NCBI GenBank assembly: GCA_050950165.1
Contig: JBMNHC010000001.1
Span: 529,073 to 593,072 of the forward strand
DNA from: Candidatus Dojkabacteria bacterium
GTDB lineage: Bacteria > Patescibacteriota > Dojkabacteria > SC72
Length of the DNA: 64,000 nt
Direction: 5' to 3'
Shown here in pieces: positions 38,812 to 48,985 of the stretch; within the stretch, counting starts at the first letter, position 1, and every line of letters starts with the position of its first letter. A model generated the notes under the pieces. That model saw only the letters and a list, made by a program, of their open reading frames with translations. It was not told the DNA's origin and ran no database searches. The translations under genes and the position numbers were made by a program.

Positions 38812-39457
38812 GGAAGCTACACAGACACAAAATATAAAGCAAGAAACAAAGCAGGCAGAGGCTCCTCCTGTTGTGAAGCAACCTGCACCTACTCCTGATA
38901 TCTCAGAGGGTTTTAACTTAATTCCTGCTATGTCACAGGAAGAGAAAGTTATCGAAAAGACTAAAAGCACAGTTAGTATTGGATCAGTAATTAGTCTAAT
39001 TGTTCTTGTTGTTATCTCTTTAGTTATAGTAGGTTTTAATATCCTATCTAAAGAGATATTAAATAGTAGGAATAAACAGTTATTTGCTGCTGAAAACAGA
39101 GTTAATCAACAGATAGATAAATTATCTGCAAATGAAGATATTGTAGATAGGGCTGTGTTGTACAACAATGTTAAAAAAGGAGCATTCTCGCATAGAAAGA
39201 TTATAGAGTTTTTTTCTAGAATGGGAACAAAGATAGGAGATATTAATATAAAGAGTGTAATGATATCCGAACAACTACAATTTACATACGCAGGAAGTAC
39301 CTCTAGTTTAGAAAATCTATCTAAGCTTTGGTATGTACTAGGAATAGATGAGAATATTGAAACTATTAACTTACAATCTGTTAGTAAGAATCCAAATGGG
39401 GTTAACTTTACATTCGATGGTAAACTTAATGGAAAAAGTTTTTATAATCAACAATAA
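38804..39457 (+). CDS. pilN: PilN-like protein
   Basis: FNLIP motif (INLLP-like) before a single TM. Follows pilM. Confidence 0.7.
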   Translation: MNKEATQTQNIKQETKQAEAPPVVKQPAPTPDISEGFNLIPAMSQEEKVIEKTKSTVSIGSVISLIVLVVISLVIVGFNILSKEILNSRNKQLFAAENRVNQQIDKLSANEDIVDRAVLYNNVKKGAFSHRKIIEFFSRMGTKIGDINIKSVMISEQLQFTYAGSTSSLENLSKLWYVLGIDENIETINLQSVSKNPNGVNFTFDGKLNGKSFYNQQ

Positions 39458-40155
39458 TGGCATTAATAACAAAGAGTAAACAACAAACAAGTGAAGAAGT
39501 AGCAGCAATCAGTGAGAAGATAAAGGGTTCTAAAATAAAGTTCACGGACCTTTTAATTCCTATTATTGTATTCATTGTTCTTATCTTTTTATCTGTATTT
39601 GTTTTTGTTCCTATGATTAACTCTGCTTTAGACTATCAGAAGGGTATTAAAGAGAGTAATAAGAGGATAGATCAGATGGTAGAATTAAATCAGAAACTAA
39701 ATACTTTAGATGATACTCAGCTAAGTGAAGATGTTATATTAGCTAAGAGTATTATACCCAAGGTATTAAAAGTTTCAGATTTTATCTTTTATATAGATAC
39801 ATTAGCTAGAGAAAAGAGTTTGGAAATTAGGGAGTTTTCTGCAGGAGATATGGGAGGAAAGGTTGCTCAAGATGTTAGTGGAGCTGGAGTATCTGGCCCT
39901 ATTTCATATCAAGGTGAATATACAAATGTAGTATCTTTTCTAGATGAGATTCAGGATATCTCTCCATATATTATTAGATTACAAAATGTAGAGGTAGCTG
40001 CACTTTCAACGGGGATGTGGAGTATATCGCTAAATATTAGTGGATACTATATGGCAGATAGAACAGGAACATTGGATATATACAAGCCATTTAAGGCATA
40101 TACAGAGTATGACACCGTATTAGAAGTATTTAGAGAGAAGAGCGAGAATCTTTAG
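39457..40155 (+). CDS. pilO: PilO-like protein
   Basis: TM, coiled coil and a GEY..VVSFL..I motif. Follows pilN. Confidence 0.7.
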   Translation: MALITKSKQQTSEEVAAISEKIKGSKIKFTDLLIPIIVFIVLIFLSVFVFVPMINSALDYQKGIKESNKRIDQMVELNQKLNTLDDTQLSEDVILAKSIIPKVLKVSDFIFYIDTLAREKSLEIREFSAGDMGGKVAQDVSGAGVSGPISYQGEYTNVVSFLDEIQDISPYIIRLQNVEVAALSTGMWSISLNISGYYMADRTGTLDIYKPFKAYTEYDTVLEVFREKSENL

Positions 40156-40442
40156 ATCTCGTCTTCAAGCATATCTTCATTTTCACTACTTTTTTCAGTT
40201 CTATCATCTTTTAACAATACCCTAACTCTCTTATTATTTCTTATTGCACTTATAGTTATAATATCTCTGATAGAGTTAATAGTTCTTCCTTTTCTTCCAA
40301 TAACGACCCCCTTATCTTCCTCGTTTACATCGATGGTAAGAATTGTTAGTCCTGGGAAATCAACACTCTCTTTCTCATCTACGCTTACCTCATCAGGATG
40401 ATTAACTATTCCTTTAATAATATGAACCAATAGCTCTTTCAT
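40152..40442 (-). CDS. khpA: KH-domain RNA-binding protein
   Basis: DKGVVIGRKGRTINSIR motif. Lies downstream of rpsP. Confidence 0.88.
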   Translation of the reverse strand: MKELLVHIIKGIVNHPDEVSVDEKESVDFPGLTILTIDVNEEDKGVVIGRKGRTINSIRDIITISAIRNNKRVRVLLKDDRTEKSSENEDMLEDEI

Positions 40443-40518
40443 TTTTATCGGTTTTGAATTTAAAATATCTTTGAGCAAATTATACTCTCATACTAAAAAT
40501 TTTACCAGAACTATATAG

Positions 40519-40547
40519 AAAACAAAATAGGTCTACCAATGTAGACC
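40519..40547 (-). terminator. possible terminator after rpsP
   Basis: GGTCTAC-4 nt-GTAGACC stem followed on the minus strand by TATTTTGTTTT. Confidence 0.5.
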
Positions 40548-40566
40548 CAAAAGTAGAAATTTGTAA

Positions 40567-40866
40567 TTATTCTTCCTTAGTCTCTTTCTTTTTAGTACTA
40601 GGTTTTGTAGATCCTCTCTTTAGGGAAGCTAAGAGTCCTAGCTTAACTAAGTACTGAGCAACAGTATCTGAAGGTTGTGCTCCCCTTTCTAACCATTTCT
40701 TTGCTGCCTCTTTGTCGATATCAAAGATAGTAGGATTATTTCTAGGGTTATAGTACCCTATCTCTTCAATAGTTTTTCCATCTCTTGGACTATCAGAGTC
40801 CATAACTACAATTCTGTAGTGTGGTTGTCTTCTTTTTCCTGTTCTTTTTAATCTAATCTTTAACAT
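40567..40866 (-). CDS. rpsP: 30S ribosomal protein S16
   Basis: MLKIRLKR.G....P.YRIVV.DS..PRDG...EEIGYYNP and GAQPSDTV. Confidence 0.97.
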   Translation of the reverse strand: MLKIRLKRTGKRRQPHYRIVVMDSDSPRDGKTIEEIGYYNPRNNPTIFDIDKEAAKKWLERGAQPSDTVAQYLVKLGLLASLKRGSTKPSTKKKETKEE

Positions 40867-40904
40867 AGCGTGTTATTTTAACAAAAGGTAAATTAATATT
40901 CAAG

Positions 40905-41600
40905 CTATTTATTGCTCTTTTCTATATATTCAATACCCTCTTTAGCAGCCTGCTCCTCTGCTCTCTGCTTACTACTACCAGTTCCATGCCCTATTACTTT
41001 ATTATCTATCTTTACTACAACTGTAAACTCTTTACTATGATCAGGCCCTATCTCTTTGACAACCTCATATGTAGGAGTAGATTTATATATGGATTGAACT
41101 AACTCTTGTATCTTAGTCTTACTATCTATATCTAATCTCTTCTCTACAATATCTTCAATCTTATGCAGTAGTGTCTTATGTACAAACTTTGTACAACTCT
41201 CATACCCAGAATCTAAGTATATTGCTCCTAGAATTGCTTCATATGTGTTTGCCAAAAGATAGTCTTTCTCTCTACCACCACTTTCTTCTTCTCCTTTAGA
41301 CATATTCATATATGTCCCTATTCCTAACCCTTTTGCTACCTCTGCTAAAGAATCTGTTTTAACTAATGCAGCTCTAAAGCTAGTTAACTCACCCTCTGCT
41401 CTATCTCGATATTTATCAAAAAGAAATACAGATACAATTAACTCTAGTACTGCATCTCCTAGAAACTCTAACCTCTCATTATGCTCTTTAACCTCTCTGT
41501 TTTCATTTATAAAGGATCTATGAGTTAGAGCTGTATTAAGTAACTCTTTATTTTTAAATTTTATATTCAAATTTTTTTCTAAACCCTCTATATTATTCAT
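40905..41600 (-). CDS. rnc: ribonuclease III
   Basis: [18 protein letters not shown] and a C-terminal dsRBD ([14 protein letters not shown]). Confidence 0.97.
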   Translation of the reverse strand: MNNIEGLEKNLNIKFKNKELLNTALTHRSFINENREVKEHNERLEFLGDAVLELIVSVFLFDKYRDRAEGELTSFRAALVKTDSLAEVAKGLGIGTYMNMSKGEEESGGREKDYLLANTYEAILGAIYLDSGYESCTKFVHKTLLHKIEDIVEKRLDIDSKTKIQELVQSIYKSTPTYEVVKEIGPDHSKEFTVVVKIDNKVIGHGTGSSKQRAEEQAAKEGIEYIEKSNK

Positions 41601-42030
41601 CTTTCTTACTCTTTTCATATATTGCTCCTAATACACCATTTATAAATTTACTACTAGAGTCTCCTCCAAACTCTTTTGCTATCTCTATAGCTTCATCTAT
41701 TGCTACTTTAGGAGGTGTAAGCTGAGAGATAAATCCCTCAAAGATCGCTATACGAAGAATTTGTAAATCTACTAGCTTCATCTGAGATATTGGCCATTGA
41801 GGTGCAAACTCACGAATCATTGCATCTATACTCTCATGATTTTCTTTTACTCCATCTATTAAAGAAACATACAAATCCTCGTTATATTTCTCTATCTCAT
41901 CTAAGCTAGTAAGCTCTTCTACATTAAATTCTAATATACCCTCTGTATCATTATTAAAGTCTCGAGAAAAAAGAGTCTGTAGTGCTAATTTCCTAGATAG
42001 GTGTCTTGGATCAGTATGTTTCTTCATCAC
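41593..42030 (-). CDS. nusB: transcription antitermination factor NusB
   Basis: [28 protein letters not shown] and FINGVLG motifs. Confidence 0.95.
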   Translation of the reverse strand: MMKKHTDPRHLSRKLALQTLFSRDFNNDTEGILEFNVEELTSLDEIEKYNEDLYVSLIDGVKENHESIDAMIREFAPQWPISQMKLVDLQILRIAIFEGFISQLTPPKVAIDEAIEIAKEFGGDSSSKFINGVLGAIYEKSKKDE

Positions 42031-42039
42031 AGAAAATTC

Positions 42040-42222
42040 TTATTTATTTTTCTTTAAATCACTTCCATCTCCGTAGTAACCACAAAACCCACAAACAAAG
42101 TGAGGCCTTTTTGCTTTCTTACACTTAGGACATTTAGAAATCTGAGGTTTTGCTAATGCATCATTTGCTCTCCTTCTGTTCCTTCTTCCCTTAGAGATTT
42201 TTCTTTTTGGTAGTGCACCCAT
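42040..42222 (-). CDS. rpmF: 50S ribosomal protein L32
   Basis: ALPKRKISK.RR..RR and CPKC...PHFVC..CGYY. Confidence 0.95.
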   Translation of the reverse strand: MGALPKRKISKGRRNRRRANDALAKPQISKCPKCKKAKRPHFVCGFCGYYGDGSDLKKNK

Positions 42223-42287
42223 ATTTATCTTTTACTATATTTATAACTGTGTATTATATTTTAATATTCCAATCCTTGCAATACTTG

Positions 42288-45005
42288 CTATATTATCCAT
42301 CCCTCTTTAATCTCAATTTCTGAACCTGGATCTATCTGACCTTCTATCATCTCTTTTGCAATATTACCTTCTATATTTTCCTGTATATATCTCTTTATTG
42401 GTCTAGCACCAAAACCTGGTTGGTTTGCCTTATTTGCTATTAATTGAGGAATTACATTATTCCATGTTAAGGTAATACTCTTTTCTGAGAGTCTCTTTGC
42501 TAATTCCCTAAGTAGAATCTCTGATATCTGAGAGAGTTGATCTATATCATGAGGATGAAACACTATTACTTTATCAAATCTGTTTAATAGTTCTGGTTTA
42601 ATTGATTGCCTTAGTTCAATTAATGCCCTATCCTTTGCTTCATCCCAAGTTGTTTTGCTATCACTTAGTGAATCAAGAAGAATCTTACTCCCAATATTAC
42701 TTGTACACACAATTATACTGTGTGTAAAATCTACAACCTCTCCTAATGTACTTGTAAGTCTACCATCGTCAAACATCTGTAAGAACAGATCTAGTATCTG
42801 AGGATGAGCTTTCTCTATCTCATCAAAAAGAATTACTGAGTATGGATTAAGTTTAACTTTATCTATTAATGATACTGCACTTTGCTGTACTAAATCTCTC
42901 TGTCCACTCTCACCTAAGAACTTCTCTATACTAGAGATTTCTTGATATTCGGACATATCTATTCTAATCATCTCACTAACATCACCAAAGTACTCTTCTG
43001 CAACTACTTTTGCCAAATATGTTTTACCTACACCAGTAGGTCCCATGAAAAGAAATGCCCCTATCGGTCTGTTAGGATTTCTAATATCTGTGTGTGCTCT
43101 TCTAAGACTCTCTACTATGGCAAATACTGCATCATCTTGACCAATGACTTTCTCCTTTATATTCTTTTCCAACTGCATTAACTTAGTACTATCCTGAGCT
43201 TTAACTCCCGCTATTGCAAACCCTTTCTGATTAGAAAGTACCTTAGCAATATGCTCATCTGTTAGTACAGATACCCCACTACTTTGAGCCCATGAACATG
43301 CTGATTCTAGAAGTTGAACAGAACTACTAGGGAGTTTTTTCTCTTTAATATATCTTTGTGCTAGCTCAACAGTACTAATTAGAGCAGGTAGAGTGATATA
43401 TATACAGAAGTTTTTCTCTAGTTGATTAATTTTAGTCTCCAATATTACTAATGCATCAGCTGCAGAGATCTCTCTTACCTCAATATTGGTAAATGTTTGT
43501 CTAAGAGATTCTACACTGTAGAAATATTTTTTATAATCTGAGTGATTTACTGTTCCAATGATTGGAAACTTACTATTTAATATATATGGTAGTAATATAC
43601 CTGCTAGTGAATGTCCAGAATCTTGTGCCTTAGCAGGTACTAACTCTTGCATCTCATCAATGTAGAGTATTGCATCTGCAGCGTTCTCTAACTCTTTAAC
43701 TGCTTTAGCTACTAACTCTTCAACATTTCTTTCTTTTGATGCAAAAGCTATTAACCCATTAATATCCAACTGTAATATCCTTTTGTCTAGAATCTGAGTG
43801 GGTACCTCTCCCCTATTAATCTTTTGTGCAATACCTAGAATTAAACTAGACTTACCTACTCCCGGTTCACCAACTAAGAGAGCATTCTTGTTGGATACTT
43901 TCCCAAGTACCGATACTAGAGTCTCTATCTCTTGATCGTGTCCAATACCAAAGATATCGTCATATTTAGCAACATATTCATTTAAGTTTTTACTAAACTT
44001 ATCTAGTATGAAGGTATGTCCATATATCCAAGATTCAGCTATTCCCCCCTTTCTGTAATATGTAGTACTAAGATTAAAAGGATTAGTACTAATTCTTTTT
44101 TCAAATTCATATGAATGATATCTAACTACCTCTCTTAATATATCTATTGAAGAGTTCTGTGTAGTAAGGAATTTCTTTAGTGATGGAAAGACATTAAAAA
44201 GAGCCAAAAGCATATGCTCTGGCTTTATATCCCTAGAGAGGGTAAGTAGAGCCTCATTTAGAGAATATATTACAAGACTTCTAATTGAGGTAGAAGAATA
44301 TATTGGTAAGTTTTTACTATCTATTTCTGCTTCTTTAAGGTTTTCGCTATTAATTTCAATATTTGCTCTCTTAAAAATCTCTTTTGATTGAGTAAGAGTA
44401 ACAAGTTCTAAAAAGAAGTTATAAATATTAATCTCATTTCTATTAGTATGTGCACATATGATATCTAAAGAGGCATCATTTATGTAATTAATTGCTTCTA
44501 AGTGAGCATATCTTCCAAACTTGAATCCACCAGCCTTAATCTCTTCTAAATCACTAAGAGATATTTTCTCTGCTTTAGGGAGTCTAATTGGATGACTCTT
44601 GTCTTTGTAGTAGTCATACCAGAGGAAAAATACAGAGAAAATTGAAAGTCCAAAAAGAGTATCTGCTATACCACAGGAGAGAAAATCTACAACAATTTGT
44701 AAATTATTCAACAGCCCTATCTGTCGAAGTAGATATCCTAATGCAATTACAAGACCTGGAACAAGTAAGATATTAGATATTAGACGAAGGTTGTTATAGA
44801 AATTTTGATATTTAAGGTAATTAGTTAATACATTACTAATTTGAGGTGTAGAGATTGTAAAGAATTGGTCTCTTGTTAGAAGAAAGAGAGCTTCTGATTC
44901 CTTGGTCAGTATTGGTAATTCTTTTTGAACAACACCAAAAGTATTACTATCCTTAGCGTGATATCCAATCAATGTTCTATTTTGCCAACCGTAGTCTATA
45001 GCCAT
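42288..45005 (-). CDS. ClpA/ClpB-family AAA+ ATPase with N-terminal transmembrane segments
   Basis: Two AAA modules (GEPGVGKS/LYIDE; GPTGVGKT/LFDEIEKAH), PELLNRFD and GARP. Two hydrophobic segments at about aa 78-130. Confidence 0.88.
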   Translation of the reverse strand: MAIDYGWQNRTLIGYHAKDSNTFGVVQKELPILTKESEALFLLTRDQFFTISTPQISNVLTNYLKYQNFYNNLRLISNILLVPGLVIALGYLLRQIGLLNNLQIVVDFLSCGIADTLFGLSIFSVFFLWYDYYKDKSHPIRLPKAEKISLSDLEEIKAGGFKFGRYAHLEAINYINDASLDIICAHTNRNEINIYNFFLELVTLTQSKEIFKRANIEINSENLKEAEIDSKNLPIYSSTSIRSLVIYSLNEALLTLSRDIKPEHMLLALFNVFPSLKKFLTTQNSSIDILREVVRYHSYEFEKRISTNPFNLSTTYYRKGGIAESWIYGHTFILDKFSKNLNEYVAKYDDIFGIGHDQEIETLVSVLGKVSNKNALLVGEPGVGKSSLILGIAQKINRGEVPTQILDKRILQLDINGLIAFASKERNVEELVAKAVKELENAADAILYIDEMQELVPAKAQDSGHSLAGILLPYILNSKFPIIGTVNHSDYKKYFYSVESLRQTFTNIEVREISAADALVILETKINQLEKNFCIYITLPALISTVELAQRYIKEKKLPSSSVQLLESACSWAQSSGVSVLTDEHIAKVLSNQKGFAIAGVKAQDSTKLMQLEKNIKEKVIGQDDAVFAIVESLRRAHTDIRNPNRPIGAFLFMGPTGVGKTYLAKVVAEEYFGDVSEMIRIDMSEYQEISSIEKFLGESGQRDLVQQSAVSLIDKVKLNPYSVILFDEIEKAHPQILDLFLQMFDDGRLTSTLGEVVDFTHSIIVCTSNIGSKILLDSLSDSKTTWDEAKDRALIELRQSIKPELLNRFDKVIVFHPHDIDQLSQISEILLRELAKRLSEKSITLTWNNVIPQLIANKANQPGFGARPIKRYIQENIEGNIAKEMIEGQIDPGSEIEIKEGWII

Positions 45006-45418
45006 TATGCTTTTATATTAAAAATAGAGGTAATGATAAATATTAGGACTACAGGAGGAAGAAGAAGCCAGATTATAATTAGTAGTAGATAGATTAAGTT
45101 ACATAATATGTATGCGATTATAGCGATAGGTAAATATATTATCTTTATTAATATCCCAAATGTATACCCAATGAATGAGAAGTCTCTGTGCCAAGGTAGG
45201 AAGAAATTTTTAAGTAGAAGTGATACAGAGAGATTATCATCTACAAAAGTAGATATTCTAGCTAACATTCTTAAGTGCCAAAGTGGCATTCTAATATACC
45301 ACCAGTAAAGGAAATCTTTAATTGTGTATGTAAAAATAAGGAAGAGATTATCAACTCCTTCCTCATTTAAAACTTTTTGTCCTCTCCTACTTGTTAATAT
45401 TTTTTTCTCTTCTTCCAT
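45005..45418 (-). CDS. small membrane protein coupled to the Clp-type ATPase
   Basis: 137 aa with FLYWWY, FFLPWHRD and a long C-terminal hydrophobic hairpin. Its stop overlaps the ATPase start codon at 45005. Confidence 0.75.
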   Translation of the reverse strand: MEEEKKILTSRRGQKVLNEEGVDNLFLIFTYTIKDFLYWWYIRMPLWHLRMLARISTFVDDNLSVSLLLKNFFLPWHRDFSFIGYTFGILIKIIYLPIAIIAYILCNLIYLLLIIIWLLLPPVVLIFIITSIFNIKA

Positions 45419-45510
45419 GATATTGAGCAGTAATCACCCCCTAAGTTTATTGTAATTTACTCTTAAGTTCAAGATAGACTATAGTTTTGAACTTAGTTAA
45501 AATACTCAAT

Positions 45511-46449
45511 ATGAATATATATACTAAATTAGAAAAACCGATTATCTCACTTGCTCCTATGGAGGATGTTACTGATACAGTGTTTAGACAAGTAGTGTCT
45601 TCTTTAGGAAAGCCAGATCTCTTTTTTACAGAGTTTGTTAATGTAGAGGGGTTGAATAGTAAAGGTAGAGATATGGTTATTCATAGACTAAGGTATACAG
45701 AGAAGGAGAAACCGATAATTGCTCAGCTATGGGGAATAGAGGCAGAGAACTTTTTTAAGAGTGCACAGCTAGTAAGAGAGATGGGTTTTGATGGTGTAGA
45801 TATTAATATGGGTTGTTCTGTAAAGAATGTAGTTAAGAGTAGTGCAGGTAGTGGTTTGATTAATCAAGACAGAAAATTGGTAGAGGGGATAATAGAGGCT
45901 ACTAAGCAGGGTGCTAAGGGTCTTCCTGTTTCTGCTAAAACAAGATTAGGTTTTAATAGTTTGGATATGGGTTGGATAGAGTTTTTACTTAAACAGAATC
46001 TCTCTTTAGTTACAATAAATATGAGAATGGCAAGGGGAGAGAAATCTTTAAGAGCAGATTGGTCATATATGAGAGATATATTAAAGTTAAGAGACTCTAT
46101 TTCTCCTTCTACCTTAATTTTTGGTAATGGTGATATTAAGAATTTAGAGGAGGCAAAAGATAGGGTTAGAGAGTATGGTGTAGATGGTGTAATGATTGGT
46201 AGGGCATCAATATCCAATCCTTGGGTATTTTCATCTAGATTGGATATTTCAAAGGAGGAGAAGATAGAGGTATTAAAATATCATTTAACACTTTTTGAAG
46301 AGAGTTGGGGTAATGAGAAAGATTTTAATAGTTTAAAGAAATTTTTTAAGGGATATATTAATAATTATAAAGGGGCTAGTAAATTAAGAGCTAAGTTAAT
46401 GGAAACAAGGTCAGCAAAAGAGGTAAGAGAGATTCTATCAGTAGTATAG
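45511..46449 (+). CDS. tRNA-dihydrouridine synthase (Dus family)
   Basis: LAPMEDVTD, FTEFV, DINMGC, SAKTRLG, GNGDI and DGVMIGR motifs. Confidence 0.9.
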   Translation: MNIYTKLEKPIISLAPMEDVTDTVFRQVVSSLGKPDLFFTEFVNVEGLNSKGRDMVIHRLRYTEKEKPIIAQLWGIEAENFFKSAQLVREMGFDGVDINMGCSVKNVVKSSAGSGLINQDRKLVEGIIEATKQGAKGLPVSAKTRLGFNSLDMGWIEFLLKQNLSLVTINMRMARGEKSLRADWSYMRDILKLRDSISPSTLIFGNGDIKNLEEAKDRVREYGVDGVMIGRASISNPWVFSSRLDISKEEKIEVLKYHLTLFEESWGNEKDFNSLKKFFKGYINNYKGASKLRAKLMETRSAKEVREILSVV

Positions 46450-46547
46450 TAGTTAGTGTATAAATGGTACAAGTCCATCTTCTTGAGAGAGTATCTCTCT
46501 CGCAAGTCGCTACTTCACTATGTTATTAAAGTAACAAGATGGAAGCC

Positions 46548-47282
46548 TTAGACACTCTCCTCCTCTAATAGTAATGTAGGATCTTGGTTGGTATATCCTC
46601 CATCAATGATTATCACTTGTCCATTAATGTATTCTGATTCAGGTTTAAGAAGAAAAGTTATTAGATTAGAGATATCTTTTGGTTCAGCAATTCTGCCTTG
46701 TGGATTTAAATCCTCCACTTTTGACAAAAAATCATCTCCAATATCATCAATCATTTTCGTTTTAACCCATCCAGGAGCAATTGCATTGACAGAAATCTTT
46801 TTATCTTCAAATAACAGGCTAAAGGACTTTACTAGAGAATTTACACCAGCCTTACTTGCTGCATAGCTTGCAGTTATTGATCCTCCAAACATAGCGTCTG
46901 TTGAGCTAATCATAATGAATCTACCTCGTTCTTCGATAGTATCTTCAAAGTATTTGGCTAAGATATAATTAGATGTTAAGTTTACTGCTATTGTTTTATT
47001 CCAAACCTCTAAATCTTCCTCTATACTTTTATCTTCATATTCAACTATCCCAGCACAATTTACAATTGCGTAGAGACTAGTATCCATAGATTTAATTTCA
47101 TTTACAAAATTTTGTATAGATTCTTTGTTTAAAAGGTTTAAGTTGATACTCTTTACATCAGGATTGTCTATTGGAACATTATGGTAAGTTCCTATTACAG
47201 AATATCCTTCATTTATTAAATCTTCGACAACTTGAGCACCTATACCACCAGATGCACCAATTACTAATACTGTTTTATTCAT
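46548..47282 (-). CDS. SDR family oxidoreductase (FabG-like)
   Basis: GASGGIG, NCAG, YAASK, VNAIAPG and INGQVIIIDGG motifs. Confidence 0.92.
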   Translation of the reverse strand: MNKTVLVIGASGGIGAQVVEDLINEGYSVIGTYHNVPIDNPDVKSINLNLLNKESIQNFVNEIKSMDTSLYAIVNCAGIVEYEDKSIEEDLEVWNKTIAVNLTSNYILAKYFEDTIEERGRFIMISSTDAMFGGSITASYAASKAGVNSLVKSFSLLFEDKKISVNAIAPGWVKTKMIDDIGDDFLSKVEDLNPQGRIAEPKDISNLITFLLKPESEYINGQVIIIDGGYTNQDPTLLLEEESV

Positions 47283-47342
47283 ATGTTCTCCTAATTAATT
47301 TATATGTATCGTGACCTATTTAGATGATAATATACACTTTTA

Positions 47343-48083
47343 TTAAATTTGTGAATAGAAATCATAAAAATATCCTATTTCACATCTGGGAAATAGTTCT
47401 ACCAATTCAAATACATTTTGTAAATCTTCATCTGTTTTACATTTCTCTAACCTTTCTAAAAATCTCTCTGCTCTCTCTTGATTTATCTCCCATTCTGAAT
47501 TAATAAATTGACCCCATATGACAAGCATTTGAGGTTTAGGATGAATAGATTTCATATTATTTGTATATTCCTTTGGAAAAAGTCTTCTGTAGGATTCTAG
47601 ATTGTATAACCAACTTCCTCCTTGAACATATTTAGTATTAGGATGGTTTCTCTTAACATCTTCAAAAAGTTTCTTTAGCTCTTTCAATCTATTCTCTTTT
47701 TGACTTGATGAAAGAGGTCCCTCTGAACTAGTCCTATCATTAAGGAAATGCATTTTTACAATACCATTACCATCTTCATCTTCAACAAATCTATATCTAA
47801 AACATCCAAACCATTTATGTTTGCTATACTCCTCATAATTACTTGTATACATATTGTATATTAACTCAACCAAATCTTCTCCCTTTTCATATCTTTTAAT
47901 AAACTCTTTCCAGTATATAGATTCTTCCTTAAATTCCCAATCATGGTTACCGATAAGATAGTATGTGGGGGTATAATTCTTTATTGTTTCAATTAGATCT
48001 AATCCAGATATTTCGGATTTCTTTTTAGCATATTCAATAATTAATGAGAATAGTTCTTTTGGATATTCTTCTTTTCTAATCAT
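47343..48083 (-). CDS. hypothetical protein
   Basis: About 246-aa ORF with an HF.N....GPL...GGSWLYN pattern. Family not recognised. Confidence 0.7.
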   Translation of the reverse strand: MIRKEEYPKELFSLIIEYAKKKSEISGLDLIETIKNYTPTYYLIGNHDWEFKEESIYWKEFIKRYEKGEDLVELIYNMYTSNYEEYSKHKWFGCFRYRFVEDEDGNGIVKMHFLNDRTSSEGPLSSSQKENRLKELKKLFEDVKRNHPNTKYVQGGSWLYNLESYRRLFPKEYTNNMKSIHPKPQMLVIWGQFINSEWEINQERAERFLERLEKCKTDEDLQNVFELVELFPRCEIGYFYDFYSQI

Positions 48084-48268
48084 TAACAAAAATTATATCA
48101 TAAGGAGTATGCTTTCGAGTATGAATTCCAGTACCAAAATCTATATCTAAAGGTGGTCCAAAGATTAAGATTCGTAGCTATAATAGAGGAAAAACTTGCC
48201 TAGGATGAATAGTAGATTGCGTTTTTAGAAATGAGATTTAAAAATATTGTTACTTTTCTTCTATCAAT

Positions 48269-48886
48269 CTAGAAATTACCCCACTCTCTCATATTATCAG
48301 ATATTCCAATTATTACAGAGATCTGTTTAGGGAGTATTTCTTTATTTAATGCATATACTGTTAATCTTAAGTGTCCTTCCAAAACAACAAACTTCTTTTT
48401 GTCTGAGACAAGAATAATCTCATCAAACAGTCTATTCTTTTTTAAATATTCTGAAGCTTCTAGGAGGTTCTCATAGGAGATATTGAAAACTTTATCATTT
48501 TTCTGAATTTTTTCTATGGCATCTTTAGGTAGCCTAGAACCGTTTGTTAGCTCTATCCAATAATCGTAATTAATGTAAAAGACTTTATTTAAGAGAAATT
48601 CTCTTGATACATATGTCCTATACCATTTTATGTCCTTTGGAAATCCCTCAAAAAGTCCTTTTCTAGAAGAATAGCCTCTTGTTTCCTCAAGGATATCTAT
48701 TCTTAATTTATTCTCTTGTGGATTATCTATCTTTGGATTTTGAATTATAGAAATGGTGGTATTGACTTTTTTAAGAGCTTTTTCAATATCTTTTGAGAAT
48801 CTCTTTGATTTAAGTTCACCTTTTAGAAATATACTTACTACTTCATCTTCAGAGATAGGTTTGAGATTTTGTTTTAATATGTTCAT
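48269..48886 (-). CDS. hypothetical protein with a ParB/sulfiredoxin-like motif
   Basis: IILV...FVVLEGHLRL resembles the ParB/Srx GxxR motif (inference). Confidence 0.55.
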   Translation of the reverse strand: MNILKQNLKPISEDEVVSIFLKGELKSKRFSKDIEKALKKVNTTISIIQNPKIDNPQENKLRIDILEETRGYSSRKGLFEGFPKDIKWYRTYVSREFLLNKVFYINYDYWIELTNGSRLPKDAIEKIQKNDKVFNISYENLLEASEYLKKNRLFDEIILVSDKKKFVVLEGHLRLTVYALNKEILPKQISVIIGISDNMREWGNF

Positions 48887-48985
48887 AGTAAAGTATACAG
48901 GAAAATTGTAATGGTGCGTGATACTTTCATGTATAGAACTTAGGAAATATATCGTTTTATTCCCTCTCTTTTGATAATATTTACT

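Noticed and set aside
48090-48268. Pseudogene fragment in the long intergenic gap
   Set aside because: The minus-strand frames checked give only short open stretches with no recognisable protein similarity.
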